This document shows, one piece after another, positions 1 through 12,240 of a stretch of DNA of 37,063 nt (position 1 is the first letter of the stretch; each line of letters begins with the position of its first letter). Source of the DNA: Octopus sinensis (taxonomy: Eukaryota); NCBI RefSeq assembly GCF_006345805.1, contig NW_021836877.1, forward strand, positions 1 to 37,063, read 5' to 3'. The notes beneath the pieces are model-generated. The model was not told the origin of the DNA, made no database searches, and saw only the letters and a list, made by a program, of their open reading frames with translations. Both the position numbers and the translations under genes were made by a program.

Positions 1-311
1 TGTGTGTGGGGTGTGTGTATGTATACGTATATGTATGTATATTCTTTTTCTCTGCCGAAGGGACTCCCAAGTTCCTTTGTATTCTCTGCTCCTAGCTTGT
101 GTGCTGGCGATGAGAGTACAGCTGACATACAGCCACACATTCACAGATATACAAGAACCACAGGCACGCAAGTACTCCCACAATAACAACCCTTGTGGCA
201 ATATCGGACGTGTGGACAATCTCACGAATTCCCAAGAATTCTAAAGACAAAATTCCTCTCTAAGTCTTCTTATACTGGGAACTTCTAACAAACTGACGAA
301 TTAATGAATTG

Positions 312-383
312 ATGGTTATCAATATCATATCGTATCAATGGTTATCAATATCATATCGTATCAATGGTTATCAATATCATATC
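312..383. repeat. 26-bp tandem repeat, about 2.8 copies (ATGGTTATCAATATCATATCGTATCA)
   Basis: Two perfect units at 312-337 and 338-363 plus a 20-nt partial unit. Confidence 0.95.
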
Positions 384-1021
384 AACCAACTGCCGAATAA
401 AAGTGTAATTACAACAGAGGTGTTACGTATCAATAATTGTGTTCTGAAAGGATCTAACCCAACATCAAAGACACACCTTCTTGATTGTGTTTCTATAGAG
501 AATCTCCTTGCTCTCTTGCTGCTCCAGGTGACATCCGGCTTTTTATAGATCCGGTTACAGAGATTTTTATGTAATGTTTATAAGAGTCAAAAGACGAATT
601 CAATTATGTATGCGTATCGGAGCGGTAACTGTCGTTGTGGATGTTGTTATAGGTACCGCTGCTGTTGTTATTGTTCTTGCTGTTTGTTTGTTTGTTTGTT
701 GAGCGAAACGGTCTTCATCCCAGAGCTCGCAAGATCGCGCCTCTGTAGTGGGAGAAGTCCGAAACGTGGTCCTTTGCTATTCGTAAGTTTCTTAAGCACT
801 TGACTATATCTTCGACATATATCTGTCATTGGATTGTTTTCGATCTTCAAAGATTTAGAAAGATTTAAGACCCAAGTTTATAAGAAATTTCTCTTTTTTA
901 ATTATAAATTAGCATATGAGCTGATGACATCATTTCTACGTTGTCGCTGACTTGCTAGAAATAGCAACCAAGCTCTCTCAATGTATTCATCGCTATTTTA
1001 GATAAAAGAATAGATACACAG

Positions 1022-1354
1022 ATTATATATTACTTACAATAGACAGGACTGTCATATCCGGAATACATTTGAAAGCAGGTCAACCCCCGACACCTAGAGC
1101 ATCGACGGATGGATGAATGCGCATCCAGGCTCAGCGCTTGCGTAGGAAGTCGGGGACAAGAAACAGGAAGAAAGAGTGAGAGAAATTTGGAGCGAAAGAG
1201 TACAACAGGGGTCGCCACCACCCCTGCCGAAGCCTCGTGGAGCTTTAGGTGTTTTCGCTCAATAAACACACACACAACGCCCGGTCTGGGGGATCGAAAC
1301 CGCGATCCTCCGACCGCGAGTCCGCTGCCCTAACCACTGGGCCATTACGCCTGC
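1022..1354 (-). mobile_element. tRNA(Arg-like)-headed SINE, tail variant A
   Basis: Reverse complement starts with a tRNA-like head (A-box TGGCCCAGTGG, B-box GGTTTCGATCCC). Head and body are shared with copies at 8062 and 16879, but the 3' tail differs. Confidence 0.9.
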
Positions 1355-1564
1355 ATTATTGTTGCTGTTATCGTCGTCGTCGTTGATGTTGTTAATGGTG
1401 TCGGGGCTTTAGTTATTGCTGTTGTTGCAAATGATGTCACGAGTGCTACAATCGTCCTTATTGTTGATGTTATTGTTGATGTTGTCTTCCTTGTTGCTGT
1501 TGTTGTCGGTTTTCATTGCTGTTGCTGTCAGCGTTGGTGTTGTTATTGTCGTTGTAGGTGGGCG

Positions 1565-2351
1565 GAGGTAAAGGACATCAACTGCACCCCTTGCTTTTCT
1601 TTTTTGTTTTTGTTTTGTTTTGTTTTTGTACAGAAACCCACCTTTTCGACTGCGGAGATTCCTAATCGGCAAAAAAAAAAGATAAAAAAATAAACCCCGG
1701 CATTTCAAAATTTTAATTCTTTTTTGGTAATTCGTATTTAGAAAGTGGATCTTCGGTTTGGCTGTTGTTTCTAGCTTGTCGGACTTTCTGGTTGGAGCAT
1801 ACTTAAAAATTGAAGATTTTGAAAACCCCCAAAATACGTTTTCAAAATTTTAATTTTCCCCCTCTACACCACCTGACAAAGAAAATAAAAGTGGGATGGG
1901 GAATTAAGATTTTGAAAACGTGATTCGTCGTTTAGCTGCTGTTTGTAGCATGTCGTTTTTTTTGTTTAGATACTTTTTATGTCTTGCTATTTTAGTAGGA
2001 GGGGACGGATATTTATTTATTTATTTATCTATCTATCTATTTATCTATTTATTTATTTATTTATTTATTTATTTATAAAAAAATTGAAATTTTACAAAAT
2101 ATTTTTCCAGAATCATAATTTCCGTATTTTTCTACATATTTCAAAAAAAAAAAAAAATTCTAAAAAAAGTGAATAATTGGGGAGGTAGAGGGAGGGGGGG
2201 AGGGAATTAACATTTCGAAATACCGATGTTTTTTTTTTTTGCAGATTCGGAATTTCTACTGTTGAAAAGATAGGTATCTGTAGAAAAAACAAAACAAAAC
2301 AAGCAAACAAAAACAATAACCGAAGTGGGCGCAGTCGATCTCCTTTACCTC
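1565..2351. mobile_element. Non-autonomous foldback/MITE-like element with about 150-170 bp diverged terminal inverted repeats
   Basis: 1565-1720 (GAGGTAAAGGACATCAACTGC...TTTCAAAATTTTAATTC) aligns to the reverse complement of about 2200-2351. Internal inverted TTTTCAAAATTTTAATT motifs are present; no coding capacity. Confidence 0.7.
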
Positions 2352-2509
2352 TACCTGTGGGTGTTGTTGTTATTGTCGTTGTTGTTGTTGCCACTATTGT
2401 TCTTTAAAACCATCATAGCTGCGTAAATATGAAATCCGTCTTTTTCATGAACGTGCTATCTTTTCTATTGGCTGATAGATTTAGTCCGCCCTGATTCACG
2501 ACGGCTGCC

Positions 2510-2905
2510 ACCCCAACCACGACGGCTGCTACCACCACTACCACCACTATAACCACCACCACTACCACCACTACCAACACTACCAACGCTATCATTACCA
2601 CAACTACCGCCACCACCACTACTACCATCACCACCACCCCTACCACTACCACAACCACCACCACCACCACTATCACCGCCACCCCTACCGCCACTGCCAC
2701 CACTACCAACACTACCAACGATATCATTACCACTTTTACCACCAACACGACTACTACCATCACCACCACCCCTACCACTACCACAACCACCACCACTACC
2801 ACCAGTGCCCCCACTACCAACACTACCAACGCTATCATTACCACTACTACCGCCAACACCACTACTACCCCTACTACTACCACAACCACCACCACCACCA
2901 CCACT
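2510..2905. repeat. ACC/ACT-rich low-complexity array with 111-132 bp higher-order period
   Basis: Anchor CTACCAACACTACCAACG recurs at 2571, 2703 and 2814. Confidence 0.9.
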
Positions 2906-3024
2906 CTAGTGTGGTAAACTTCTTCCGTCCTTACCACCATCCGGTGTTTGTAAAACATTTGGTTGTAAAACATTTCATCCCGTCCCTATTCTGAATATGG
3001 CAATCGCTGTTCTTCTCATCAGTG

Positions 3025-3265
3025 AAGGAGGCCCCATATAATGCTATGGACACCACTCTCCGTATGCTGGAGAATTCATAAAGAAAGACTTTTCCAGTGT
3101 ATCACTGGGTTAAGTAAAGCTTCGAGGCCGGCCCTGCACCAAACGGTTGGACGTGATTGGGGAAGATCTCCTGAGGCTGAACGTCACCTTGGAGGATGCA
3201 GAGGGGCTTGCAGGGGACCGCCAGCTATGGAGAGCAATGGTGGAACTGGATGGCTCTACGCATAA
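3025..3265 (+). mobile_element. RTE-clade LINE, degenerate C-terminal ORF fragment
   Basis: Frameshifted translation YGH..LRM...GRPCTKRLDVIGEDLLRLNVTLEDAEGLAGDRQLWRAMV fits the RTE C-terminal pattern GRP..RW.D.I..DL...A.DR..WR..V. Confidence 0.85.
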
Positions 3266-3530
3266 TTACGTCCCTAGGACCACTAACCAAGTATGACCCC
3301 AACCCTATCAAGCAAGAGCGTGAAGAGAAGCGAACAAAACAATATGTCAATCTTTTTGAGATATTGCGGAATGATTTGAAAGGGATTCAGTTGCTACTTT
3401 TTGTAGAACGAGCAGGCATGAAGAGTCCCCTTCCCTCATTATTGGCAGGTTACATTGTATTTCTTCGGCAAAATATGTCAAAGAATAACTTACTAGTGAA
3501 ATATTCATGAGTTATGCCTATCATTAAGAG

Positions 3531-3892
3531 GAACCATGTCAGTGCAGGTGCCACTTAAAAGCACGCAGTCTACTCTGTAAAGTGGCTGGTGTTCGGAAGG
3601 GCATCCAGCCGTAACAACCTGGCCAAAACAGACCTCGCCTGTGCTTGTCTCACGTACAAAGCAGAAAGTCCACCCTGTTGAGCGGTCGGCATTAGGAAGG
3701 GTATCCAGCTGTAAAAATCCCGCCAAAACAGTCACAGAAGTCTTGTGCATGTTTCTGCCTGGCCGACTCTTGTGAAAACGTCCCACCCGTGCTAGCATAG
3801 AAGTCGGACGTTAAACGATGATGATGATGATGATGGTGATGATGACGACGACGATGATGATGATCAAGACGATGATGATGACGATGATGATG
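3531..3892 (+). mobile_element. 5'-truncated SINE body with (TGA)n tail and internal duplication
   Basis: The GGAAGGGCATCCAGC block occurs twice and the element ends GGACGTTAAACGATGATGA... Same family as 26353-27005. Confidence 0.85.
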
Positions 3893-3947
3893 GGGGTACC
3901 AAAATCGTTTAAGTGCTTAGGGCCTCTACGGGTCTTAATCTGGCCAT

Positions 3948-4347
<400 letters not shown>

Positions 4348-4483
4348 AGGAACTTCGAGGTTTTCGGCTAAATTGCCATTGTTTGATTGTCGAAGGAAAA
4401 AAAATCTGAAACTTAATAGTGAAAGTTTTTCACTAGTTGAATAACCCGTCAGGCGAAACAGAAACACCTAACTAGCGGGAATT

Positions 4484-4523
<40 letters not shown>

Positions 4524-5112
4524 GGGGGGGTGGTTGTCTGTGTACGAGTGTATTCATATTCATGTATTTGTTTAAAAGAATGTGTTTGAAAGGCAGACAG
4601 ACAGACAAAGAAAGTATGTATAATAGTTAGAATGTATATTTAAGAAATGCTTTATATTCATGCATCATTTGTAATGCCGGAAAATTGCCCACCCATAAGA
4701 ATGACTCGGCTACATGTCTATGAATGCTACAGTATTTACAAACGAATAGATACAACCGTTGGTATATATAAGTACGTGTCTAGGTGGTGTTGTACTTAGA
4801 TTTGATGGAGTAAATATGTGCGTATAGATAATTCATTCAAATACACTTTTAGCCCAGATCAGCATTCACACAGTCATATATCGTCATTCAAGCTTTCAGA
4901 TAGTACGTTACATCTCTAATGTATGCTAATTTATTCCAGCACACTAGTTAGCACTCGTAAGCACTTCTACATCCGTGCGTATACATACATATATTCGCAT
5001 TCGCACACGCACACAAAAGCACACGCGCACTCTTATACACACACATACAAATACATATATATATAACTAACATACATAAACGTACACATATATACGTTTA
5101 TATCATATATAT

Positions 5113-5145
<33 letters not shown>

Positions 5146-5195
5146 CATACATACTTACATACCTACATATATATATGTATGTGTGTGTATATATA

Positions 5196-5231
<36 letters not shown>

Positions 5232-5318
5232 TACACATGTCATTTCTCAGTGGGACCGCGTTTGCTTATATGTATATATATTTAATTATGCATGTCGGTA
5301 TGCATAAATATGTATATA

Positions 5319-6105
5319 CGAGATCCAATCAATAAGTATCCAGACTGTTGCTATAGTAACGAGGCTAAAGCACGCAGAGTGAAGCCGCTAAGCAAAGAAT
5401 GACCTTGAACATTGCTATGCATGCGCACTAAGTCTTAACGTTCTAGCTTACTTCCGTTGTTTACAGCAGCGCTTGGAAGGAAGAGGTGTAGCGTGTGATC
5501 GTCGCGTTGACCACTACAGAGAAAGTTGTCATGGTGATATCTGCTCAGAGGCCTCCACAATTATGCAGAAAGTGTATGGAAAAGAGTGTATGAGCCGTAC
5601 ACAAATGTGCGAGTGGTTCAGACGTCTCCAAGATGACCGAAAAAATGTCGATATTGACGAACCTTCAGGGAAACCTGCAGCCAACAGAACTGAGATAAAA
5701 ATCGCAGATATAGGTGCAACAGTGAGGAAGGAATCGTCGAATCACCATCCGTGAGTTATTAGAGGATATGCAGATTAGTTACGGTTCAGTTCAATTCATT
5801 GTCACTGAAGATTTGGGTATGCGACGCGTGTCTGCCAACTTTGCTGCAAAATTGCTTTCAGCTGACCAAAAAGACATTCGGGTTTCAGTTGTACAAGATT
5901 TCTTTGATTGTGTCGAGAACGATGAAAACTTTTGGAAAACTTTGCGTAGGCCTCTAAGCAGATTCTCTGCTCAACTTTCTCTGCTATGGCCAATGCGACG
6001 ATCACACGCTACACACCTTCCTTCCAAGCACTACTCTAAACAGCGGAAGCGTGCTTTAGCAACTTTACTATGGCAACAGTCCGGATACTTATTGATCAGA
6101 CCACG
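5319..6105 (+). mobile_element. Internally deleted mariner transposon with transposase N-terminal pseudogene
   Basis: About 55-bp TIRs (CGAGATCCAATCAATAAGTATCCAGACTGTTGC vs reverse complement CGTGGTCTGATCAATAAGTATCCGGACTGTTGC) with TA flanks. Translation ...YGKECMSRTQMCEWFRRLQDDRKNVDIDEPSGKP... then ...ISYGSVQFIVTEDLGMRRVSANFAAKLLSADQKDIR is the mariner HTH region with a degenerate WVPHEL-equivalent linker. The catalytic DDD domain is deleted. Confidence 0.93.
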
Positions 6106-6114
6106 TATATATAT

Positions 6115-6178
<64 letters not shown>

Positions 6179-6797
6179 CACATATATATATACATACATA
6201 TATATACAAATATATATATATAAAAATGTAAATATAAATATACACACACATATACTTACACACTTTCACACATACATACGTACAGCCATGTGTGTGTTTG
6301 TGTGCGTGTGTACCTTTGTGTGTGTGTGTGTGTGTATGTGTGTGTGTTTGCGTGTGCCTTTGTGTGTATCCGTGGTGTGTTTCTGTGTTTCCCCTCTTTC
6401 TATGTCATTGTACTCTAAATTTGGATTTGTACATGTGTTGTTGCGCTAATCATTGTCCTCCTGGGTATATCTATTAGTATATTTACTAATCTACAAAATA
6501 AGTCAATTGTTTAAGCCACTCTGTCCGTCTGTCTATCTGACTATCTACCTGCCTGTCTGTCAGTTTGCCTCTCTCTCCCTCTCTCTCTCTCTCTCTCCCT
6601 CTCTCGTGAATAAATGTAATAACTGTTTACGCTGATGCCAGACGCACTACGGTGTTTAAGACGGTGGTGGGGAAAGGAAACCAACCGGCGATCATTGTCC
6701 CCGCCACAAAAGGAAAGATTAAGTTACAGCGCATCACACAGGTATACACACAACACAGGTAGGTAGATAGATACTAGTATATCTCCTTTTCTCTCTT

Positions 6798-6840
<43 letters not shown>

Positions 6841-6867
6841 CTCTCTCTCTCTCTCAGTATCCCACCA

Positions 6868-7570
6868 TATCACTTCCACCACCGCCACCAATTCCAATAT
6901 GCATCATGATTACGACAACCGCCACCGTCGCCGTTGCCGCCGTCGCCACCGCCGCCACCAGAACCACCATTACTACAACCAGTCACAATCACCAGAGCCA
7001 CAACCACCACCACCATCACCACCACCACCATCACCAACATCACCACCACCACCATCGTTAATGACACCACCATCCCTATAATCACCTGAGTTACCAACAC
7101 CACTACCACCGCAACCACCACAACTTTCTACCATACCACCATCACCGACAAAACTTTCTATCACCAACACCATCACCCTCATCAATGACGCCATCATACC
7201 TTCAATCACCTGGCATACCAACACCACCAACACAACAACAACTATCAACACCACCATCACCGACACCACTCCCTTCTACTATCACTACCACTACCACCAG
7301 ATCTACAACCATCACCAACAACAGATCCACAATCACCTGCGTGACAATCACCGAACCATCGCCAGCACCACAACCACCAACATCCCAACCGTCGGTACCA
7401 CCACCACTACTTCCACTACTACCTGAACCATCAATATCGATACCATAACCATCTTCTTGCCATTACCAAAGTCACCACTACCACCACCAATGAGACCACC
7501 ATCCCCACAATTATCATAGCTACCACCACCACCACCACCACCACCACCACCACCCCACTACCTCCTCCAA
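6868..7570. repeat. ACC/ATC-rich low-complexity trinucleotide region
   Basis: Read directly; reading frames shift and no stable ORF is present. Confidence 0.9.
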
Positions 7571-7710
7571 CACAACTACCCGTGTACATTTACTATATTT
7601 GTCATTACAAGAGTACAATGATTCCGATAAGAAAACCCAGCAACATTCGACAATGCTGGGTCTGGAAGAGAACATCAAACGTATAGTTACAACAATAACA
7701 ATAACAGCTG

Positions 7711-7759
<49 letters not shown>

Positions 7760-8061
7760 ATGAGAAATTAACTTATATACACACAGAGAAAAAAAAATCC
7801 TTAACATAACTGGAATAGCATCCCAAAGTCTTGCCCTGCTTCTTTTCGAAACCAGAAAATACATAATACATCGGCCCTTTCCAACACAGGCAGACACTCT
7901 ACAAGGGCTGAAGTGAGCGGCCTATAATGAAGCACTAGTCTCACATCAGGGACAGTGTTACTACAACGCATGCAGACATCCTGGGCAACATTCAAAGAAG
8001 CGCCAAAGCAGTGTGTTATTTTCAACAACATGCAGGTAAAACTAAACCTGTATGCATGACA

Positions 8062-8303
8062 GTGGAGGCGCAATGGCCCAGTGGTTAGGACAGCGGACTC
8101 GCGGTCGTAGGATCGCGGTTTCGAATTTTTCTGAGTGTTTATTGAGCGAAAACACCTAAAGCTCCACGAGGCTCCGGCAGGGGGTGGTGGCCATCCCTGC
8201 TGTACTCTTTCGCCACAACTTTCTCTCATTCTATCTTCCAGTTTCTGTTGTACCTGTATTTCAAAGGGCCAGCCTTGTCACACTCTGTGTCACGCTGAAT
8301 CTC
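8062..8303 (+). mobile_element. tRNA(Arg-like)-headed SINE, tail variant B, 3'-truncated
   Basis: Starts GTGGAGGCGCAATGGCCCAGTGGTTAGG and is collinear with the 16879-17256 copy until GAATCTC, where an opposite-strand SINE begins. Confidence 0.9.
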
Positions 8304-8379
8304 ATCGACCCGAAAGGATGAAAGGCAAAGTCGATCTCGGCGGAATTTGAACTTAGAACGTAGCGACGGGTGAAATACC
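8304..8379 (-). mobile_element. Fragment of Meta-domain-type SINE
   Basis: Reverse complement contains TTCAAATTCCGCCGAGATCGACTTTGCCTTTCATCCTTTCGGGTCGAT. Confidence 0.85.
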
Positions 8380-8612
8380 TATTTCTTTATTACCCACAAG
8401 GGGCTAAACATACAGGGGACAATCAAGGACAGACAAACGGATTAAGTCGATCATATAGACCCCAGTACGTAACTGGTACTTATTTAATCGACCCCGAAAG
8501 GATGAAAGGCAAAGTCGACCTCGGCGGAATTTGAACTCAGAATGTAACGGCAGACGAAATACCGCTAAGCATTTTGCCCGTCGTGCTAACGTTTCTGCCA
8601 GCTCACCGCCTT
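8372..8612 (-). mobile_element. Full-length tRNA-derived SINE with Meta-like central domain
   Basis: Head GGCGGTGAGCTGGCAGAAACGTTAGC; central GCCTTTCATCCTTTCGGGGTCGATTAAATAAGTACCAG resembles the MetaSINE domain. Nearly identical to 17311-17548. Confidence 0.92.
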
Positions 8613-8948
8613 ATTTAGAGACAATAATATGATAAAGCAATGAAGACTGACCATTTCTGTACTTACCTACAGTCTAGTTGAAGCTTTTAAATTACCCCTT
8701 GCCTTTCACGACAAAACATCTGACTCCATTCTACCCCTTCACCCTTTATTTTATTTTTCATTCTGTTTTGCGTCTCCCTCGACATCCTTCGGGGCAATGC
8801 CTTTTCCAGTTTGCCTGCCGGGACCATGGGGCAGGCTGACATGCCCTTTTAGTTATAGCTGTTGTATCTCTTGAGATTCCAAATAGAAAAAGAAATAGCC
8901 TAATACTTAATATTTTAATTTTTATTCTCGTACTTTATATTTCTCTAG

Positions 8949-9047
8949 CTGATGCCTCAACATTACATACCATTTTTCGAATGGTGCTCGCTTCACCCAC
9001 AAGAAGTAGCAAAACTTATTACCCTTTATCAGAGTACAAATAAACAC
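8949..9047 (+). CDS. Candidate internal coding exon (phase 0/0), unknown protein
   Basis: Long polypyrimidine acceptor (...TACTTTATATTTCTCTAG), 99-nt open frame LMPQHYIPFFEWCSLHPQEVAKLITLYQSTNKH, donor GTAAAC. No homolog recognised. Confidence 0.3.
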
Positions 9048-9342
9048 GTAAACAAAAGACGCTCAATGCAATAAAGCTCTTTGATTGCAAGGTTATAGGT
9101 CTGCACGAACAGTCAACACTCGATAAATACCATTCTCTTCCATCCCCTCTCTCTCTCTCACTTTCTCTCTCTCCCTTTCTCTCTCTCTTTTCTCTCTCTT
9201 GTATCATTTATATAACTATCTATCTATCCATCTATTGTCTATACGCATACATAGATACATTTACATAAACACACACAACATGTATATATATATGTATATA
9301 TTATATATATATGTATGTATATATATATGTATATATATATAT

Positions 9343-9442
<100 letters not shown>

Positions 9443-9498
9443 CTGTATGTATGTGTTATGTATGTATGTATGCATGTATGTATGTATGTATGTATGTA

Positions 9499-9840
9499 TG
9501 TGGCTGTGTGGTAAGTAGCTTGCTTACCACATAGTTCCGGGTTCAGTCCCACTGCGTGGCACCTTCAACAAGCGTCTTCTGCTATACAAAGAAGCCCGTC
9601 GTATATATGTATATGTATATAGATGTGGGGGTGTGTTTGTGTATCTGTGTTTGTCCCTCCCCCAATCATTGCTTGACAACCGATGCTGGTGTGCTTACGT
9701 CCCCGTAACTTAGCGTTTCGGTAAAAGAGACCGATACAATAAGTACTAGGCTTACAAAGAATAAGTCCTGGTGTCGATTTGCTCGACTAAAAGCGGTGCT
9801 CCAGCATGGCCGCAGTCAAATGACTGAAGCAAGTAAAAGA
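9499..9840 (+). mobile_element. tRNA-derived SINE with CORE-like segment (internally deleted)
   Basis: Head GTGGCTGTGTGGTAAGTAGCTTGCTT...GGTTCAGTCCCACTGCGTGGCACCTT; tail GCGGTGCTCCAGCATGGCCGCAGTCAAATGACTGAA. Confidence 0.9.
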
Positions 9841-10011
9841 GCAAATGAGAGTATGTATGTACGTATGTATGTATGTATGTATGTATGTATGTATGTATGT
9901 ATTATGTATGTGTGTATTATGTGTGCGTGCATATGTGTGTACATGTGTGTATGTGTATCTATATATATATATGAATGCATGTATGCACAGATACATGCAC
10001 TATTCAGGAAG

Positions 10012-10865
10012 GAACCCTGGAGTATTTACCAGGGAAAATTGTCATTGCTACTGCGTGCCGTAGCTGACATCTTACCAATCATAAATAACCTTAAAATATG
10101 AGTTAAAGAGGAAGATCAATCATGCAAGTAGTACGGAGCAACTCTTTGCACTCTGAACCACATTTCGCTCGGATATCCTGAGTCTGACACAAGTTTAGGC
10201 ATGACAAATGCCTTATCGAAATCGCCAAATGCACAGACCTGTAGAAAGTCAGGTCAACAAACAACAGTTATCACCACCTGGTGGGTATCATATTCCTAGA
10301 AGAAGGTGACAAAGTTCCAAAGACGAAACCAATCCTGGGTAAGCAAATATCTACTTTGCTTCGAGCTTCGGGTTGGGAAACGTAAGCAGAAATGAAAGGC
10401 AGACTCGTCTCTCCTGAGGAAACAGCGATAATATCGTTCCGGCTAAACATGTTTCTGCTCTCCAGAAGTGCAAAACCAATCGTCATACTTGAACCTACAT
10501 TACTCTAGATGGACATACCCGACAATTCTCACTTGCTAAAGGAAACCAGACACATGTCAAGGATGGCTCGCGGAGCTCATTCTCAATCGAATTCTAGCCA
10601 TTTCGATGCGCTATTTCCCGCAGAAGATTGGTCTGGAATCCAAACAAATGAAGAAAGTCACCTAGGAGATAGACATGGCACATGTAACCAGCTCAAGGTG
10701 GCTGTGGTTCGCAAGAGACTGCATGAGGAACCCTCTGCTGTTGAAAACTAATTCAGTCCTTGCTACCCTACTCAGGCGATGCGCACAGGCCAAGGAGCAA
10801 AACACGTGCGACCCTGAGATACGTGCTGTTGATATGGAGGGATTTTCAATGTTTGCCTCCATTTA
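10012..10865 (+). mobile_element. HERO-like RLE non-LTR retrotransposon, decayed 3' fragment (CCHC knuckle plus restriction-like endonuclease)
   Basis: Stitched translation KLSLLLRAVADILPIINNLKI*VKEEDQSCK*YGATLCTLNHISLG / FRHDKCLIEIA / IIFLEEG / LLRASGWET*AEMKGRLVSPEE / KPIVILEPTLL* / QGWLAELI / SSRWLWFAR follows the HERO motif order: SFL.RAVYD.LP..NL..W, C..C..TL.HIL.GC, WRH..VL, RPD.VLWS..K...IELTVPWE, S.WLW. Confidence 0.85.
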
Positions 10866-10979
10866 AAAGAAACACACATATATATATATATATATATATA
10901 TGAGTGTATTGTTGTTCTGACCGAGATTTGCTGAAACACATAGCCATAAACACTCTTTTTCCTTCTTTTACTTTACCTT

Positions 10980-11390
10980 CTCCTTCTTCTTCTTCTTCTT
11001 CTTCTTCTTCTTCTTCTTCTTCTTCTTCTTCTTCTTCTTCAAGACTACAACAACAACAACAACAGCTACTACTACTACTACTACTACTACTACTATTGCT
11101 GCTGCTGCTGCTACTACTACTACTACCACCATCACCAACACTTCTTCAGCACCACTACTGTTAACTTTCCTTCAGCGTTAATACTACTAACACCACCACC
11201 ACTACTACTACTACCACTACTAAACTTCTTCAACATTACTACTACTACTACTACTAAACTTCTTCAACATTACTACTACTACTACTACTATTACTACTAC
11301 TGCTACTACTACCACTACCACTACTACAACTACTACTACCACTACTACTACTACTTCTTCTTCGTCTTCTTCTTCGTCTTCTTCCAAACG
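10980..11390. repeat. Compound trinucleotide microsatellite (TTC)n-(CAA)n-(CTA)n-(CTG)n-(CTA)n
   Basis: Read directly; includes a duplicated ACTACTAAACTTCTTCAACATTACT block near 11215-11285. Confidence 0.95.
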
Positions 11391-11931
11391 CATTGTATCG
11401 AAAATGATCCCTCCCCAATTCTGACACCATTTTACGATCTGTTTTATGACAATTTTCTAGCATGACATGTGCTCATTACGCTACCGTATTTCTAACTTTG
11501 CCTTTGTCATATATAAAAACCTACAAAGATTCTCTAAAATATTTTCAATTTTATATATTTTTTTTTATTGCGTTTACTCCTTCCGTTCCTTTGGACATAT
11601 TTTCGCATAGAAAAATAAATAACCTATGACAGCTGAGGCATTTCTTTAAATAAGAAATACTTCCATAAATGGTCATTGTCATAGGCATGTCAAATAGAAC
11701 GTGACATGAACTAACCCCAGGCAAGAGAAGCAAGCGGCAAACATTAAAAGGTAATTATTTTTATGAAATTAAATATACTCGAGAAAGTCCATACAAATTG
11801 TGACGCCTACGCTAACAATATCTAACAACATAAATATATATATATATATATTCTAAATATGTACACACACACACACATATATATATATATAGATATATAT
11901 ATATATATATATATATATATTCTAAATATGT

Positions 11932-11987
<56 letters not shown>

Positions 11988-12189
11988 ATATATATTCCCA
12001 AAAAGTTAGAAGTTGTGATTCGAACCAACCAAGGGATAATATCTATCCAATAAACTGCTGGTAGAATACACAATTATTAATACACAAGTGTTTTTTATTG
12101 CATTACAATTACATTACCGAGTATACTAAATAAGTTGACATAATATATGTCTAAAAGTTGATGAACCACCTATTGATTCTCTCCATTAT

Positions 12190-12240
<51 letters not shown>

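Noticed and set aside
740-775. Hammerhead-like GGA-GAAG-TCC-GAAACGTG
   Set aside because: The upstream core CTGTAGTG does not fit CUGANGA and the triplet would be GUG.
2413-2973. 186-aa poly-Val ORF on the minus strand
   Set aside because: It is the antisense of the ACC trinucleotide array.
3300-3420. EREEKRTKQYVNLFEILRNDLKGIQLLLFVERAG resembling an RLE K..KY..L motif
   Set aside because: The similarity is short and has no flanking motif support.
4436-4470. Weak hammerhead-like strings next to (TA)n (also near 19350-19400 and 24121-24150 on the minus strand)
   Set aside because: Too many core mismatches to call without a family consensus.
7890-8035. AG...GT bounded segment as an exon
   Set aside because: All three frames hit stops at about 7907-7938.
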